Shown in pieces: positions 1 through 9,128 of a DNA stretch of 64,000 nucleotides. Made by a program: the position numbers and the translations under genes. The stretch comes from Candidatus Aenigmatarchaeota archaeon (GTDB taxonomy: Archaea; Aenigmatarchaeota; Aenigmatarchaeia; Aenigmatarchaeales; JACQIB01). The notes under the pieces are model-generated. The model made no database searches. It was not told the DNA's origin and saw only the letters and a list, made by a program, of their open reading frames with translations. The stretch lies in assembly GCA_043799675.1 (NCBI GenBank), contig JAZDNN010000024.1:7418-71417 (forward strand), given 5' to 3'. How positions within the stretch are numbered: the first letter of the stretch is position 1; every line of letters starts with the position of its first letter.

Positions 1-485
1 GTATGATGACGGTGTCGAGCAGCTGGGCGGGATTCCGCCTCATGCCTGGTACATAACCGGTCCGCAGGCAATCTACATGAAACGGCAGGAAAAGAAACCG
101 ATCACTCCCGCGCAAAACAGGGAAGCGGTCAGAGAGATAAAGAAGATTTTCGGGATGAAATAATCAAGCAACGTATCTCGCTCTCAACGGCCTGCAATCG
201 AATTTGTTGTTGCGGTCATCCGACCAACTTGCTATTATATCGACTTCGGTAATCTGCTCGGGAAGATTCTGGGGAACAATCCTGACTTCGGCGGGCCGGA
301 AGCCGCTCATCACATAAACATGATGCGCATCCTGTTGACCGAATATCGAATTCAGGTCTTCAAACGTCTTGCCGGCCGCATATGTCGCTGCAATAAATTT
401 CATATATGTTGGCAATCTGTCGAACTGATCCGTCTTCTCAACACGTACGGGCATGAGAAATGTATGCAGGATAAAGAATAAATAA

Positions 486-1661
486 TCAACCCAGCAAGCC
501 GTCAGCGACCTTCTTGGCATCGAACTTCTGCAGGTCCTTGTAATCCTGGCCGACACCGATGTACAGGATGGGCTTCTTGATTGCCCAGGCGGTTGAAAGA
601 ACAGCACCTCCCTTCTCGTAAACGTCGGCCTTTGTGAGAATGACACCATCCACTCCAACAGCCGCGTTGAAGGTCCTTGCCTGCTCGACGGCATCGTTGC
701 CTGTCAAACAATCGACCACCAGAATCTTCAGGTCGGGCTTGTTCACCCTGATTATCTTCTTCATCTCGTCCATCAGGCCCGCGTTGGAATGGCTCCTTCC
801 GGCAGTATCGGCAAGCACAATGTCCAGCTTCCTGCTCTCCGCCGCCTTTACCGCATCAAAGATAACGGCGGCAGGGTCCGCGCCGTACTTGTGCTTCACC
901 ACCGGGATGCCCAGCTTCTCACCATGGATTTCTATCTGCTCCTGGGCTGCGGCGCGCCATGTATCGGCTGCAGCAAACAACGGGCTCAGGCCTTTCTCCT
1001 TGAGCATGTAACCCAAACGGGCAATCGTGGTCGTCTTGCCTGTCCCGTTGAAACCAAGAAAAATGACCTTCAGCGGCTTCTTTGTCTTGACCAGTTCGAA
1101 AATATCGACATCCGGCTGGTTAAGTATTTCATAGACGGACTTCCTCAGGCTCTCGCGGATGGTGCTTTCCACCTGCCCGCGGGAAATGCTCTTGCCAACA
1201 AGGGCACTCTTAAGATCATTAACAATCTTCTCAGCGACCTCCAAGGCGACATCGGATTCCAACAGGCCTGTCTGGATATCGCCCAGGACAGGAAGAACGT
1301 CCTTCTCCTCGATTTCCTTTTCGGTGATCGCTTTCTTCAGGCGCTCGAACAGGCCGCGCTTGGGCTTCTGCTCTGCCGCATGCTCAGCAACCGCCTCCTT
1401 GACGTCCTTGACAATCTCCTTCTTCACTTCGGGCGGGACTTCCTGAACAGTCTCCTCGGGAACGAGCTCCTCTTCTATCGGCAGTTCGGTCGCGCCCGCC
1501 TTGGCTTCAACTTCAACGGGGGCAGGTTCAACAGGAACGGGCTTCGCTTCCTCAATCTGCTCGGCCAGGTGCTCCTCGGCCTTCTGCCCATCCTCTCCCC
1601 TGATGGCCGAGGCTATCTTCTCGACAGATTCCTTCAACTTCTTCTTCAGGAAGCCGAACAT
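486..1661 (-). CDS. ftsY: signal recognition particle receptor FtsY
   Basis: C-terminal SRP GTPase domain with GTGKTTT P-loop, DTAGR and TKADV motifs; charged N-terminal domain. Confidence 0.9.
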   Translation of the reverse strand: MFGFLKKKLKESVEKIASAIRGEDGQKAEEHLAEQIEEAKPVPVEPAPVEVEAKAGATELPIEEELVPEETVQEVPPEVKKEIVKDVKEAVAEHAAEQKPKRGLFERLKKAITEKEIEEKDVLPVLGDIQTGLLESDVALEVAEKIVNDLKSALVGKSISRGQVESTIRESLRKSVYEILNQPDVDIFELVKTKKPLKVIFLGFNGTGKTTTIARLGYMLKEKGLSPLFAAADTWRAAAQEQIEIHGEKLGIPVVKHKYGADPAAVIFDAVKAAESRKLDIVLADTAGRSHSNAGLMDEMKKIIRVNKPDLKILVVDCLTGNDAVEQARTFNAAVGVDGVILTKADVYEKGGAVLSTAWAIKKPILYIGVGQDYKDLQKFDAKKVADGLLG

Positions 1662-1690
1662 AACCGGAAAAGAGCGCAGAACCTTTTAAA

Positions 1691-2146
1691 TCATCGTTCC
1701 TGCAGCATCGCTTCTATCTGGGGCTGGAGGCGGACCAGATCCGATTCAACGGCCGAGAGCTGCTGGCTGAGCTTGTTCACGTGCTTCTGCAGTTCCTCGA
1801 GCTTGCCGTCCAGAATCCTGATTGCCTCGGCGCGCGGCTTCTTCAGCACCGCACTGCCGCCTATGCTTATCACGACCTTGTCGGCCTTCTCTATCCTGCC
1901 CGGAACGAAGTTGTCGCAGCCTATGGGGAGCAAAGCATCTGCCGGCTTGATATCGCCCAACAGCTCAAGCGTGGATTTTGTCTGCGCAATCTCGTTGGCC
2001 TTCGTCACGGCCTGCTCCAGCTGCTGGCGCAGGTTCTGGTGGGTGTTCTGCAGGACCTGGAACTGCATCATCTTGGTCTGAAGCTGCTGCTCCCTCTCGG
2101 CCTTTTCATTAGCCATACGCATAGCAACTCCCGCCTTCGGCGGCAA
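1691..2146 (-). CDS. pfdA: prefoldin alpha subunit
   Basis: about 150 aa coiled-coil/beta-hairpin/coiled-coil layout; conserved archaeal neighbourhood with ftsY and rpl31e. Confidence 0.75.
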   Translation of the reverse strand: MPPKAGVAMRMANEKAEREQQLQTKMMQFQVLQNTHQNLRQQLEQAVTKANEIAQTKSTLELLGDIKPADALLPIGCDNFVPGRIEKADKVVISIGGSAVLKKPRAEAIRILDGKLEELQKHVNKLSQQLSAVESDLVRLQPQIEAMLQER

Positions 2147-2223
2147 AATTGTTATTGGCAGCTCTGCTGCTCATGCCACATTGCACCTGCAGCCTTCGGC
2201 TGCCAATCATCATTTGCGTATAA

Positions 2224-2676
2224 TCACTTCTTCTCTTCCATCTCGGACTTCTGTTTCACCGGCTCTGCCTGCTTTTCAGCGGCTCCCTTCTCTTCCTGTA
2301 TCTCCTTCTCGAGCGTCATCTTCTTCCTCTCCTTCCTCTCTTCCTTTATCCGCTGCTTCTTCTCCGCCTTCTTTTCCTTCTTCTTCTTCTCGTCGGCTGC
2401 GGTGGGCGTCTTGATATCGATACCGACCAATTCGCTGTAAACTATGCCCTCATGCCTGCGGACATGAATCCTGACCTTGCGCGGCGGGTGCTGGATGCCG
2501 CGGGTCCAAAGCATGTCATTTATCGAAGTCCCTATCTTCACGTTGTCGCTCTTCATGTGCTTCTCCAGGAACTTGCGGACAAGCAACGCGGCCTTCTTGG
2601 CCCTGCGCGTCCTGGGAGCGAGCCAGGCGTCGCGAAGCGGCACCATGTAGATCCTTTCTTCGGTCTTTTCAGCCAT
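2224..2676 (-). CDS. rpl31e: ribosomal protein L31e with lysine-rich C-terminal tail
   Basis: L31e core (VRIHVRRHEG) followed by K/E-rich extension. Confidence 0.8.
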   Translation of the reverse strand: MAEKTEERIYMVPLRDAWLAPRTRRAKKAALLVRKFLEKHMKSDNVKIGTSINDMLWTRGIQHPPRKVRIHVRRHEGIVYSELVGIDIKTPTAADEKKKKEKKAEKKQRIKEERKERKKMTLEKEIQEEKGAAEKQAEPVKQKSEMEEKK

Positions 2677-2745
2677 CTAGAAGCACCTGCCGCCTCTGGC
2701 GGCCAATTGTTCTTGGTTCAATTCATGAACATGCATACCATTCAC

Positions 2746-2913
2746 TTACCTTTGCAATCGTCCCTTCCTCCAATGCTTGGTCTCGCTGACACGTATGCGC
2801 CTGGTCTTCGCCCGCCTCCCGAACTTCTTCAGGTCGGCCCAGCGGGGGGCGCCCTTCTTCTTGCCCGCGGCTATGAGCCTGAGCTTTTTCTGCTTGAACT
2901 TTACCGGTCCCAC
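2746..2913 (-). CDS. rpl39e: ribosomal protein L39e (55 aa, GTG start; too short for the ORF track)
   Basis: my translation of the minus strand gives VGPVKFKQKKLRLIAAGKKKGAPRWADLKKFGRRAKTRRIRVSETKHWRKGRLQR, matching the L39e pattern KKLRLAKA..P.W...K..R...RR.WRR; expected position between rpl31e and rps19e. Confidence 0.55.
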   Translation of the reverse strand: MGPVKFKQKKLRLIAAGKKKGAPRWADLKKFGRRAKTRRIRVSETKHWRKGRLQR

Positions 2914-3158
2914 AAAATCACCCGTAATACTCCTTCAGTATCTTCTCCCTCACGCATGAACTTATGTCTTCACGCAGCCCGGGCATGTCCTCATCGTCCG
3001 CATACTTCCCGGCCTTGGAAGCTTCCGTTATTCCCATCAGAACGGCATACCTCACGGTCTGAATATGATCCGATTCCGCAAGGTCCGCGGGGGTGCATTC
3101 CGGAGCCTGGCGATGCCCGAATGCAGCCTGCCTGCCTTTTACTCCTGCTTGTGTCATA

Positions 3159-3419
3159 TCAACGCCTGATTATCTTGGTCTCTCGCTTGGTCACGAGGGT
3201 GTCCAGTATCTGCCTCAGCTTCGCGTCGGTAATCGTTTCCTTCAACTGACCCGCCTGCATGAGCTGGAGCAGGTACAGTTCCAGCTGGCTTGCAAGCATC
3301 GGATTTGCCATCCTGACGCGGCCGAGCCTCTCGATGGCCGCATTGTCGAGTATCTTGCTGAGCATCATCTTCTTCGCGACCTCGAGGTGCATCTCATCCG
3401 CTTGGGATTCCATGTTCAT
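3159..3419 (-). CDS. PDCD5/TFAR19-like dsDNA-binding protein
   Basis: 86 aa helical protein of the archaeal DNA-binding family usually adjacent to rps19e. Confidence 0.6.
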   Translation of the reverse strand: MNMESQADEMHLEVAKKMMLSKILDNAAIERLGRVRMANPMLASQLELYLLQLMQAGQLKETITDAKLRQILDTLVTKRETKIIRR

Positions 3420-3835
3420 GCCGAAGCACCCGCAAGCCTGTCGAGCAGCTTCTGCGCCTTCGGCGTGATTACCCTGCCCTTCCTCGGCTTCTCGACCTTT
3501 GTCACGAATCCGGCAGCCTCGAGCTGCTGCAACATGAGCCTGATGAATTTCCCGCCGGTCTTCGCATGATGGGCCGGCTTGTGGCCGCGCCTGTGCCTGC
3601 CGCCGAAAGCGGTCCTGAGCCTCTGGGTCCCGACCGGACCGGTGAGGTAGATCTTCCTCAGGATTGCGGCGCTCCTGATGTACCAGAAATCGGCCTGCTC
3701 CGGCGGCCTTTCGTTGCTGACACCCGACTTCGTAAATCCGGCCGCCGGGTGCGGCTTGATGGTCTCGATCTTTTTCAGTTCAGCGGCAAGCGCCGGAATG
3801 AGCTTATCCGCCGAAACTTCCTTTGCACTTGGCAT
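3416..3835 (-). CDS. rps19e: ribosomal protein S19e
   Basis: S19e-like sequence (FWYIRSAAILRKIY, RLRTAFGGRHRRG). Confidence 0.85.
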   Translation of the reverse strand: MPSAKEVSADKLIPALAAELKKIETIKPHPAAGFTKSGVSNERPPEQADFWYIRSAAILRKIYLTGPVGTQRLRTAFGGRHRRGHKPAHHAKTGGKFIRLMLQQLEAAGFVTKVEKPRKGRVITPKAQKLLDRLAGASA

Positions 3836-3903
3836 AATAGTTCAGCCCAAATACGACGCCCAATCCTTTTTAAGGTTGTTCGGAGGGGTGCCGACCTCGA
3901 AAA

Positions 3904-4137
3904 TCAAACGTGCGGGGTGGTGGTCTGATAACCCTGCTTTTTGAGCGTGTCAATCAGCTTACCGTATTCGGATGAGTTTGCAACCGAATCGTCAATCGGG
4001 TATATTTCCATCAGCTTGTGGGTCGGATGCGCCACGCAAACCAGACAGCCCTTTTTGTAAAAGCTGACGAACACGCTTTCCTCCGATTTGAATCCATGAG
4101 CCTCTCCGATATTCTGCAAATCCGTCGTATCTACCAT
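3904..4137 (-). CDS. hypothetical small protein
   Basis: 77 aa ORF, no recognisable motif. Confidence 0.35.
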   Translation of the reverse strand: MVDTTDLQNIGEAHGFKSEESVFVSFYKKGCLVCVAHPTHKLMEIYPIDDSVANSSEYGKLIDTLKKQGYQTTTPHV

Positions 4138-4223
4138 GGCAGATATCCGACAGAAAAGGATTAAAAGGGCATGGTGCGCCGACCGCGCGGACTGATGTCC
4201 GCTGAGTCGACCTCAGGAAAATT

Positions 4224-4400
4224 TGGTGCGCCGACAGGGATTCTCATAGCACTGCAACCCGAAGGCTGCCAAAACGCCTCTTGGCGCTTCGCGCTCATTT
4301 GAACCCTGGTCATCAGCTATCCTCTTTCTGGTGCAGGTCTTTGCCGTCAGGCAAAGAAGTGCCATGGAAGGCTGAGGTCCTACCACTAGACTATCGGCGC
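4224..4400 (-). tRNA. tRNA-Gly(UCC) candidate, about 177 nt, with a canonical 37/38 intron (about 46 nt) and a T-loop intron (about 55 nt)
   Basis: minus strand reads GCGCCGA-TA-GTC..GAC-C-TCAGC-CTTCCA[intron]A-GCTGA-TGAC-CAGGG-TTCAAAT[intron]CCCTG-TCGGCGC-A-CCA; acceptor, D, anticodon (UCC) and T stems all pair once two insertions are removed. Confidence 0.65.
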
Positions 4401-4430
4401 AGAGAAGCTTTGCGCACGACCCTCAAAAGC

Positions 4431-5123
4431 TTATTGCTTGCGGTAGAAAAGGTACGAGCGGCTCCTGGAAACGTCGGCCCTGTATTCGAGACCTATGTCC
4501 AGTTCCTTCATCGCGGCCTCGCTGACGATGACATTCATGTTGGTCCCGTCGTTGTCGGGCGCGGTCAGGCCGGCCCACTGGCTGTTCTTTATGTTGTCTA
4601 TGACCATCAGCCCGCCGCGGTTCATGTTCTTCGCCATGTTGGCCACGGCAAGCAGCCTCTGGCCGTCGATATCAGTGTCCGACCCGTTCCCTATGTGCTC
4701 GAAAACGTTGAGGCATTCGACATAATGGAAGGGGCCCAATCCGCTCAGGTCGGCGGTGACTATGTCACCCTGCACGCAATTGGTGCGAAGGCCGCCTCTT
4801 TCCCTGGCTTCCTCAAGCGCGGCGGCATCCACGTCCAAAACGTGTACCACGAAATCCTTCTCGTATTCCGCGAACTTCCTTGCAAGCTCCACGTGGCGGA
4901 TTGCGCACGTCTTGTCCTGGGCGGACTTCTTACCGACCCCAACAAGGAGGGCGTTCATCTCTCCACCGACGTTGTGAAGGAAACCGTCCAGATAGTCGTC
5001 CACCTTCAGATGTCTGTCCGGATATGAAACGTCAGAAATCATGTCAAGCGAATGGGGCCTGTAACTTCCCCTCACTTTCTCCTGCCACTCAGGCGTCAGA
5101 AGCGCTGCCATGCTTATATTCAC
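4431..5123 (-). CDS. class I SAM-dependent methyltransferase-like protein
   Basis: LNVFEHI motif typical of the class I MTase C-terminal region; 230 aa. Confidence 0.45.
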   Translation of the reverse strand: MNISMAALLTPEWQEKVRGSYRPHSLDMISDVSYPDRHLKVDDYLDGFLHNVGGEMNALLVGVGKKSAQDKTCAIRHVELARKFAEYEKDFVVHVLDVDAAALEEARERGGLRTNCVQGDIVTADLSGLGPFHYVECLNVFEHIGNGSDTDIDGQRLLAVANMAKNMNRGGLMVIDNIKNSQWAGLTAPDNDGTNMNVIVSEAAMKELDIGLEYRADVSRSRSYLFYRKQ

Positions 5124-5148
5124 TGTGTAGTAGTATATAAAGTTATCC

Positions 5149-5586
5149 TTACTCGAGCGCTTTCCGTATCATGTCGGCGGCCTTCTCCATCTGCTCCTTG
5201 GACATCTGCTTGCGGGCGGTCCAATTGATGGCCTCCCCGTGGCCGTCATCTGCAAAGCGGGGGATGAGATTTATGTGAGCGTGCTGGACCAGCTGGCCGA
5301 CCGCCGCCCCGACCACCCATTCTGTGCCCAGGCCCTTCTGCATCGCCTTCGCCACCTTCCTGGCAAACTCGAAATAGGATCCGGCATCCGGGATGTCCCA
5401 GACCCAGCGGCAGTGGTCCTTCGGAATGACAAGCACGTGGCCGGGATTCAGCGGGGTTATGTCAAGGAACGCTTCGAAATCCCCGTCCTTGCAGATGCTG
5501 AAGGACGGTACCTTGCCTTCCACGATCCTGCAGAAGACGCAGTTGGGGTCCCTCTTGGCGCTCGGATGTGGCTTGTATTCGGGCAT
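5149..5586 (-). CDS. HIT family hydrolase
   Basis: histidine triad HAHINLIP, about 145 aa. Confidence 0.8.
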   Translation of the reverse strand: MPEYKPHPSAKRDPNCVFCRIVEGKVPSFSICKDGDFEAFLDITPLNPGHVLVIPKDHCRWVWDIPDAGSYFEFARKVAKAMQKGLGTEWVVGAAVGQLVQHAHINLIPRFADDGHGEAINWTARKQMSKEQMEKAADMIRKALE

Positions 5587-5590
5587 ACGC

Positions 5591-5881
5591 TCACTTCAGC
5601 AGATAGGCATAAAAATGCGTGCTATCCGGAAAGATCGAGAGAATGAACTTTTCGGCTTCTGCAACATCCTTGGACTGAGGGGAAATCTTCCGCCAATTGT
5701 TTTGGAAGAATTCGTCGCCAAGGTCAAAGGGGACGACACTGCCTATAGACTTTCGCAGAATACGGCGACCGCACTGGAAGACCGCATTTTCACCATGAAG
5801 CAGGCGGGTGCGGACCTCGATGGTCTTGCTGCCGGCCTCCAGCGTCTCGAACACCGGCTTGTACACGCGGAACAACGGCAT
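5591..5881 (-). CDS. ASCH domain protein
   Basis: YKPVFETLEAGSKTIEVRTR resembles the ASCH N-terminus; start trimmed to an internal ATG because the upstream extension overlaps a tRNA. Confidence 0.45.
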   Translation of the reverse strand: MPLFRVYKPVFETLEAGSKTIEVRTRLLHGENAVFQCGRRILRKSIGSVVPFDLGDEFFQNNWRKISPQSKDVAEAEKFILSIFPDSTHFYAYLLK

Positions 5882-5882
5882 A

Positions 5883-6046
5883 TGGTGGGGTCGGAGAGAT
5901 TTGAACTCCCGTCCGCTGGTATCACCATCGGGCAATCATCACGGTCATATTTGGCCGCTCATCGCTCCAGCAACATTCTGGAGCCAGCTATCCTGCCTGG
6001 CTTTGTCAGACGCAAGACCTAACTTGCGCCTTTAGACTACGACCCC
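5883..6046 (-). tRNA. intron-containing tRNA (about 164 nt, at least 2 introns, anticodon unresolved)
   Basis: 5' GGGGTCG pairs with 3' CGACCCC-A-CCA; T arm GGGAG-TTCAAAT-CTCTC; internal hairpins interrupt the D and anticodon regions. Confidence 0.55.
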
Positions 6047-6253
6047 ATTGCTTTCAGAGGACGGGAGTATAAAAAGCGGAGTGGAGCCTTTAGTCTCCAC
6101 GCCACTTGCGAAACCCAAAAAAAGGTGGAGTGGAGCCTCGGGAGGGAATTGCACCCTCGACCTGCTGTTTGCTTGGTTGCTTACAAGACAGCCGCTCTTC
6201 TGCCTGAGCCACCGAGGCAAGAGATTTAATAGGCCGAGTCTTAAAAGCTTGGC

Positions 6254-6952
6254 ATGAAAGCAAGGGTCTCGGTCGTGGTTTGCGCAAGGAACGAGGAGAA
6301 GGTCATAGGAGCCTGCCTGGAAGCGCTCAAGAAACAGACGGCCTGCCCGGAGATAATCGTCATTGACGGACACTCGACGGACAGGACCAGGGAGATAGCC
6401 AAGAAGCATGCGGACAGGGTCATCCTGGACAACGGGAAGGGAATAGGGGATGCGAGGAACATCGGCTGGAAGGCGGCAACACACGGAATAGTGGCCTTTT
6501 GCGATGCGGATGCGAGACCGCCGCCGGACTGGGTGGAGAACATAGGAAAGCTGATTGACGACAACGCGGCCGTCAACGGGCCCCTCGTGCCTTACGATGC
6601 GCACAGATTCAGGACAAAGCTCACGATGAAGATATGGACGGACATTTTTTTGAGGGCGGGCTCGGCTGTCAGATACCCTATAGTGTGCGCGGCCAATGTG
6701 GCTTTCAGGAAAAGCATGCTGGAAAAGTATCCGTTCAGGCTCAACGCGCCCACCGAAGACTTCGATGTGGGCAGGAGGATGAGGCACGCGGGCAGGATAA
6801 GGTTCTTCAGCGAACTCCGTATGCCCATATCCGGCAGGAGATTCGAGAACAAGTTCTACAGGCGGACGGCCGTGATTTACCTAAGGAACTATTTCAGGGT
6901 CACGGTAGGGAAGGAAGCGAAGGACTTCGGATATTTCGAAAACAAGGGCTAG
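6254..6952 (+). CDS. family 2 glycosyltransferase
   Basis: N-terminal GT-A fold signature (VVVCARNEE, IDGHSTDRT, DADA). Confidence 0.8.
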   Translation: MKARVSVVVCARNEEKVIGACLEALKKQTACPEIIVIDGHSTDRTREIAKKHADRVILDNGKGIGDARNIGWKAATHGIVAFCDADARPPPDWVENIGKLIDDNAAVNGPLVPYDAHRFRTKLTMKIWTDIFLRAGSAVRYPIVCAANVAFRKSMLEKYPFRLNAPTEDFDVGRRMRHAGRIRFFSELRMPISGRRFENKFYRRTAVIYLRNYFRVTVGKEAKDFGYFENKG

Positions 6953-7326
6953 AACAGGAGAATTATCCATATCGTAAGGGCTATCAGGAAGCCCGAACCG
7001 AACGCTATGCCGAGCGGTATCTCGATGGGGACGCGTCCGCAGACATCATAGAGACAGGACTTCTGATACTTCCACCAGCCCTTCCCTGTCCCCCAAAGCT
7101 CCCATAAAATGTCAACGATGAAGGCGATGACACCGAATTCTACCATCAGCACAGACCTCAGTACCGCAAATGCAAAAGAGAAGAAAATCACGGCGATGAT
7201 CAGTCCCTTCAACAGGAAGGTCTGCTCGCTCTTCAGGAGCAGATATTCCGGTCTTTTCAACGCAAGCCTGTACTCGTGCCTGAGGGCGTCATACTTCCGC
7301 TTCAGCAACCGGTAATCCCGCATCAT
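6949..7326 (-). CDS. membrane protein, tandem paralog 2
   Basis: basic coiled N-terminus plus 2-3 TM helices; paralogous to the upstream ORF; start set to an internal ATG to avoid overlap. Confidence 0.45.
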   Translation of the reverse strand: MMRDYRLLKRKYDALRHEYRLALKRPEYLLLKSEQTFLLKGLIIAVIFFSFAFAVLRSVLMVEFGVIAFIVDILWELWGTGKGWWKYQKSCLYDVCGRVPIEIPLGIAFGSGFLIALTIWIILLF

Positions 7327-7327
7327 A

Positions 7328-7717
7328 TCACAACCCGAACATCCTGACAAGCACGAATGTGGCAAGGGAGGCCCCGGAGAAGAAATAGAAGACCGGTATC
7401 CCTATCGGCACCCTTCCGGCAATCATGTGCACTGAGTTCTCGTAGTTCCAGCGGCCGTTCTTGGTCGCGTACAACTCCATCACGAGCTCGCCGGCGGATA
7501 TCAGCGCACCCATTATGAAAATCACCGGATGATGATACCAGACGATGCCGAACACCGCGATTACCAGGAACGGGATGACCAGGGACCGCTTGCTCACAAG
7601 GGCGACCCTCTTTCTGGTAGGGAGGCGCCTTTCGTACCTTGCCCTCAGGTTCTTGTAGCGGATCTTCAGCTCCGCATATTTGCGCTCGAGCTTCCGGTAT
7701 GCGGCATCCATCTCCAT
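7328..7717 (-). CDS. membrane protein, tandem paralog 1
   Basis: same architecture and GRVPIGIP motif as the neighbour. Confidence 0.45.
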   Translation of the reverse strand: MEMDAAYRKLERKYAELKIRYKNLRARYERRLPTRKRVALVSKRSLVIPFLVIAVFGIVWYHHPVIFIMGALISAGELVMELYATKNGRWNYENSVHMIAGRVPIGIPVFYFFSGASLATFVLVRMFGL

Positions 7718-7807
7718 AAGAGACCTGTTTCGGCGGCGGGCTTATAAAAATAGCTGAACGGCCGGAAGGGTTATAAGAGTTCTGGCAGCGTTATTGAAGC
7801 GAAATGT

Positions 7808-9124
7808 ATGGGGTATGACCTGGTCATAGCGGGCTGCGGAACGGCCGGAGCGGCCGCGGCCCTGACTGCGGCAAAAGCGGGGCTGAAAGTCTGCGTCGTA
7901 GAACGGAAGGACAGGGCGGACATAGGAAGGAAGACCTGCGGGGACGCAATCCACGTGGACCACCTCGAATTCGCAAAAAAGCTCGGCGTGCAGTTCGGTG
8001 AGAAGGAGCTCCTTAACAAGATAACCGGAATGTACCTGATTGCGCCGAACAAGAAGGACATGATTTACGTCGAGGACGAGGGATACTGCGTAAACAGGCG
8101 GTTGTTCGGGCAGAAGCTCGTTTCCGAGGTGGAAAAGGAAGCCAAGCTGCTGAAGGTCAGCGCGATGGGACCCATCGTCGACGGGGAGAAGGTCACCGGA
8201 ATAATCACGGACAGGGGAAGGCTTGATGCGACCGTCACCATCGATGCGACCGGAGTGACGGGCATCCTGAGAAAGCAGATACCTTTCCAGACCGATTTCC
8301 CGAAGGAGATGCAGGTCAACGATTTTGCAAAGGCCTACAGGGGCATAGTGCAGATAGAAGGCGAGTTCGATACGCCGCAGGCGATCAAGATAGAATTCAA
8401 CAACGAAGTGGCTCCCGGAGGTTACATCTGGTATTTCCCGAAGGCAAAGAACGTCCTGAACATCGGAATAGGGCTGAAAGGAAATTCTTCCGCACAGGAG
8501 AACTACAACAAGTTCGTGGCAAGCCAGTTCGGAATAATAAAAGTGCTGGACGCGTCCGCATGGGCGCTGCCGATAAGGCGGCCGCTGGACGGGTTCGTGG
8601 CCAACGGTTTCATGATAATAGGGGATACCGCCTCACAGGTCAACCCGCTGGACGGGGCGGGAATAGGCTATTCGATGCGCGGCGGGGCGATGGCGGCCGA
8701 AGCCGCAACAGAAGCGGGAGAGCAACCGACACGGGAGAGGCTGTGGAAATACAACCACCGGTTCCAGACCGAAATAGGGATCAAGCACGTGCAATCGGCG
8801 ATATTCGTGGAAGCGCTTGCTTCTTTGAGCAACGAGGACCTGAACTTCGTTTTCGGTAAGAAACTGATAAACACGGACGACATTAAGCGGTCCTACACCG
8901 GCAGCATGAAGCTCAGCACTGCGCAAAAACTGAAGAAGGTGATGGCCGGGGCGGGAAGGCCGGAAGTGCTGTCCAAGCTCTACAAGGTGGTGAGCCTGGC
9001 CAACGAGGCCAAAGAACACTACAAACGGTATCCTGAAACGCCTGCAGACCTGCCGATGTGGGCCGCACTCTCCAAACGAATATTCGAAAGGTCGGCACAG
9101 GCGTTCCCGGCTTTCGGCACGTGA
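7808..9124 (+). CDS. geranylgeranyl reductase family FAD-dependent oxidoreductase
   Basis: N-terminal GxGxxG FAD fold (DLVIAGCGTAGAAAA), CGDAI motif; 438 aa. Confidence 0.8.
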   Translation: MGYDLVIAGCGTAGAAAALTAAKAGLKVCVVERKDRADIGRKTCGDAIHVDHLEFAKKLGVQFGEKELLNKITGMYLIAPNKKDMIYVEDEGYCVNRRLFGQKLVSEVEKEAKLLKVSAMGPIVDGEKVTGIITDRGRLDATVTIDATGVTGILRKQIPFQTDFPKEMQVNDFAKAYRGIVQIEGEFDTPQAIKIEFNNEVAPGGYIWYFPKAKNVLNIGIGLKGNSSAQENYNKFVASQFGIIKVLDASAWALPIRRPLDGFVANGFMIIGDTASQVNPLDGAGIGYSMRGGAMAAEAATEAGEQPTRERLWKYNHRFQTEIGIKHVQSAIFVEALASLSNEDLNFVFGKKLINTDDIKRSYTGSMKLSTAQKLKKVMAGAGRPEVLSKLYKVVSLANEAKEHYKRYPETPADLPMWAALSKRIFERSAQAFPAFGT

Positions 9125-9128
9125 TGAG

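Noticed and set aside
6032-6787. 251-aa ORF antisense to the GT2 gene and overlapping a tRNA
   Set aside because: Antisense artefact. The plus-strand frame carries clear GT-A motifs.
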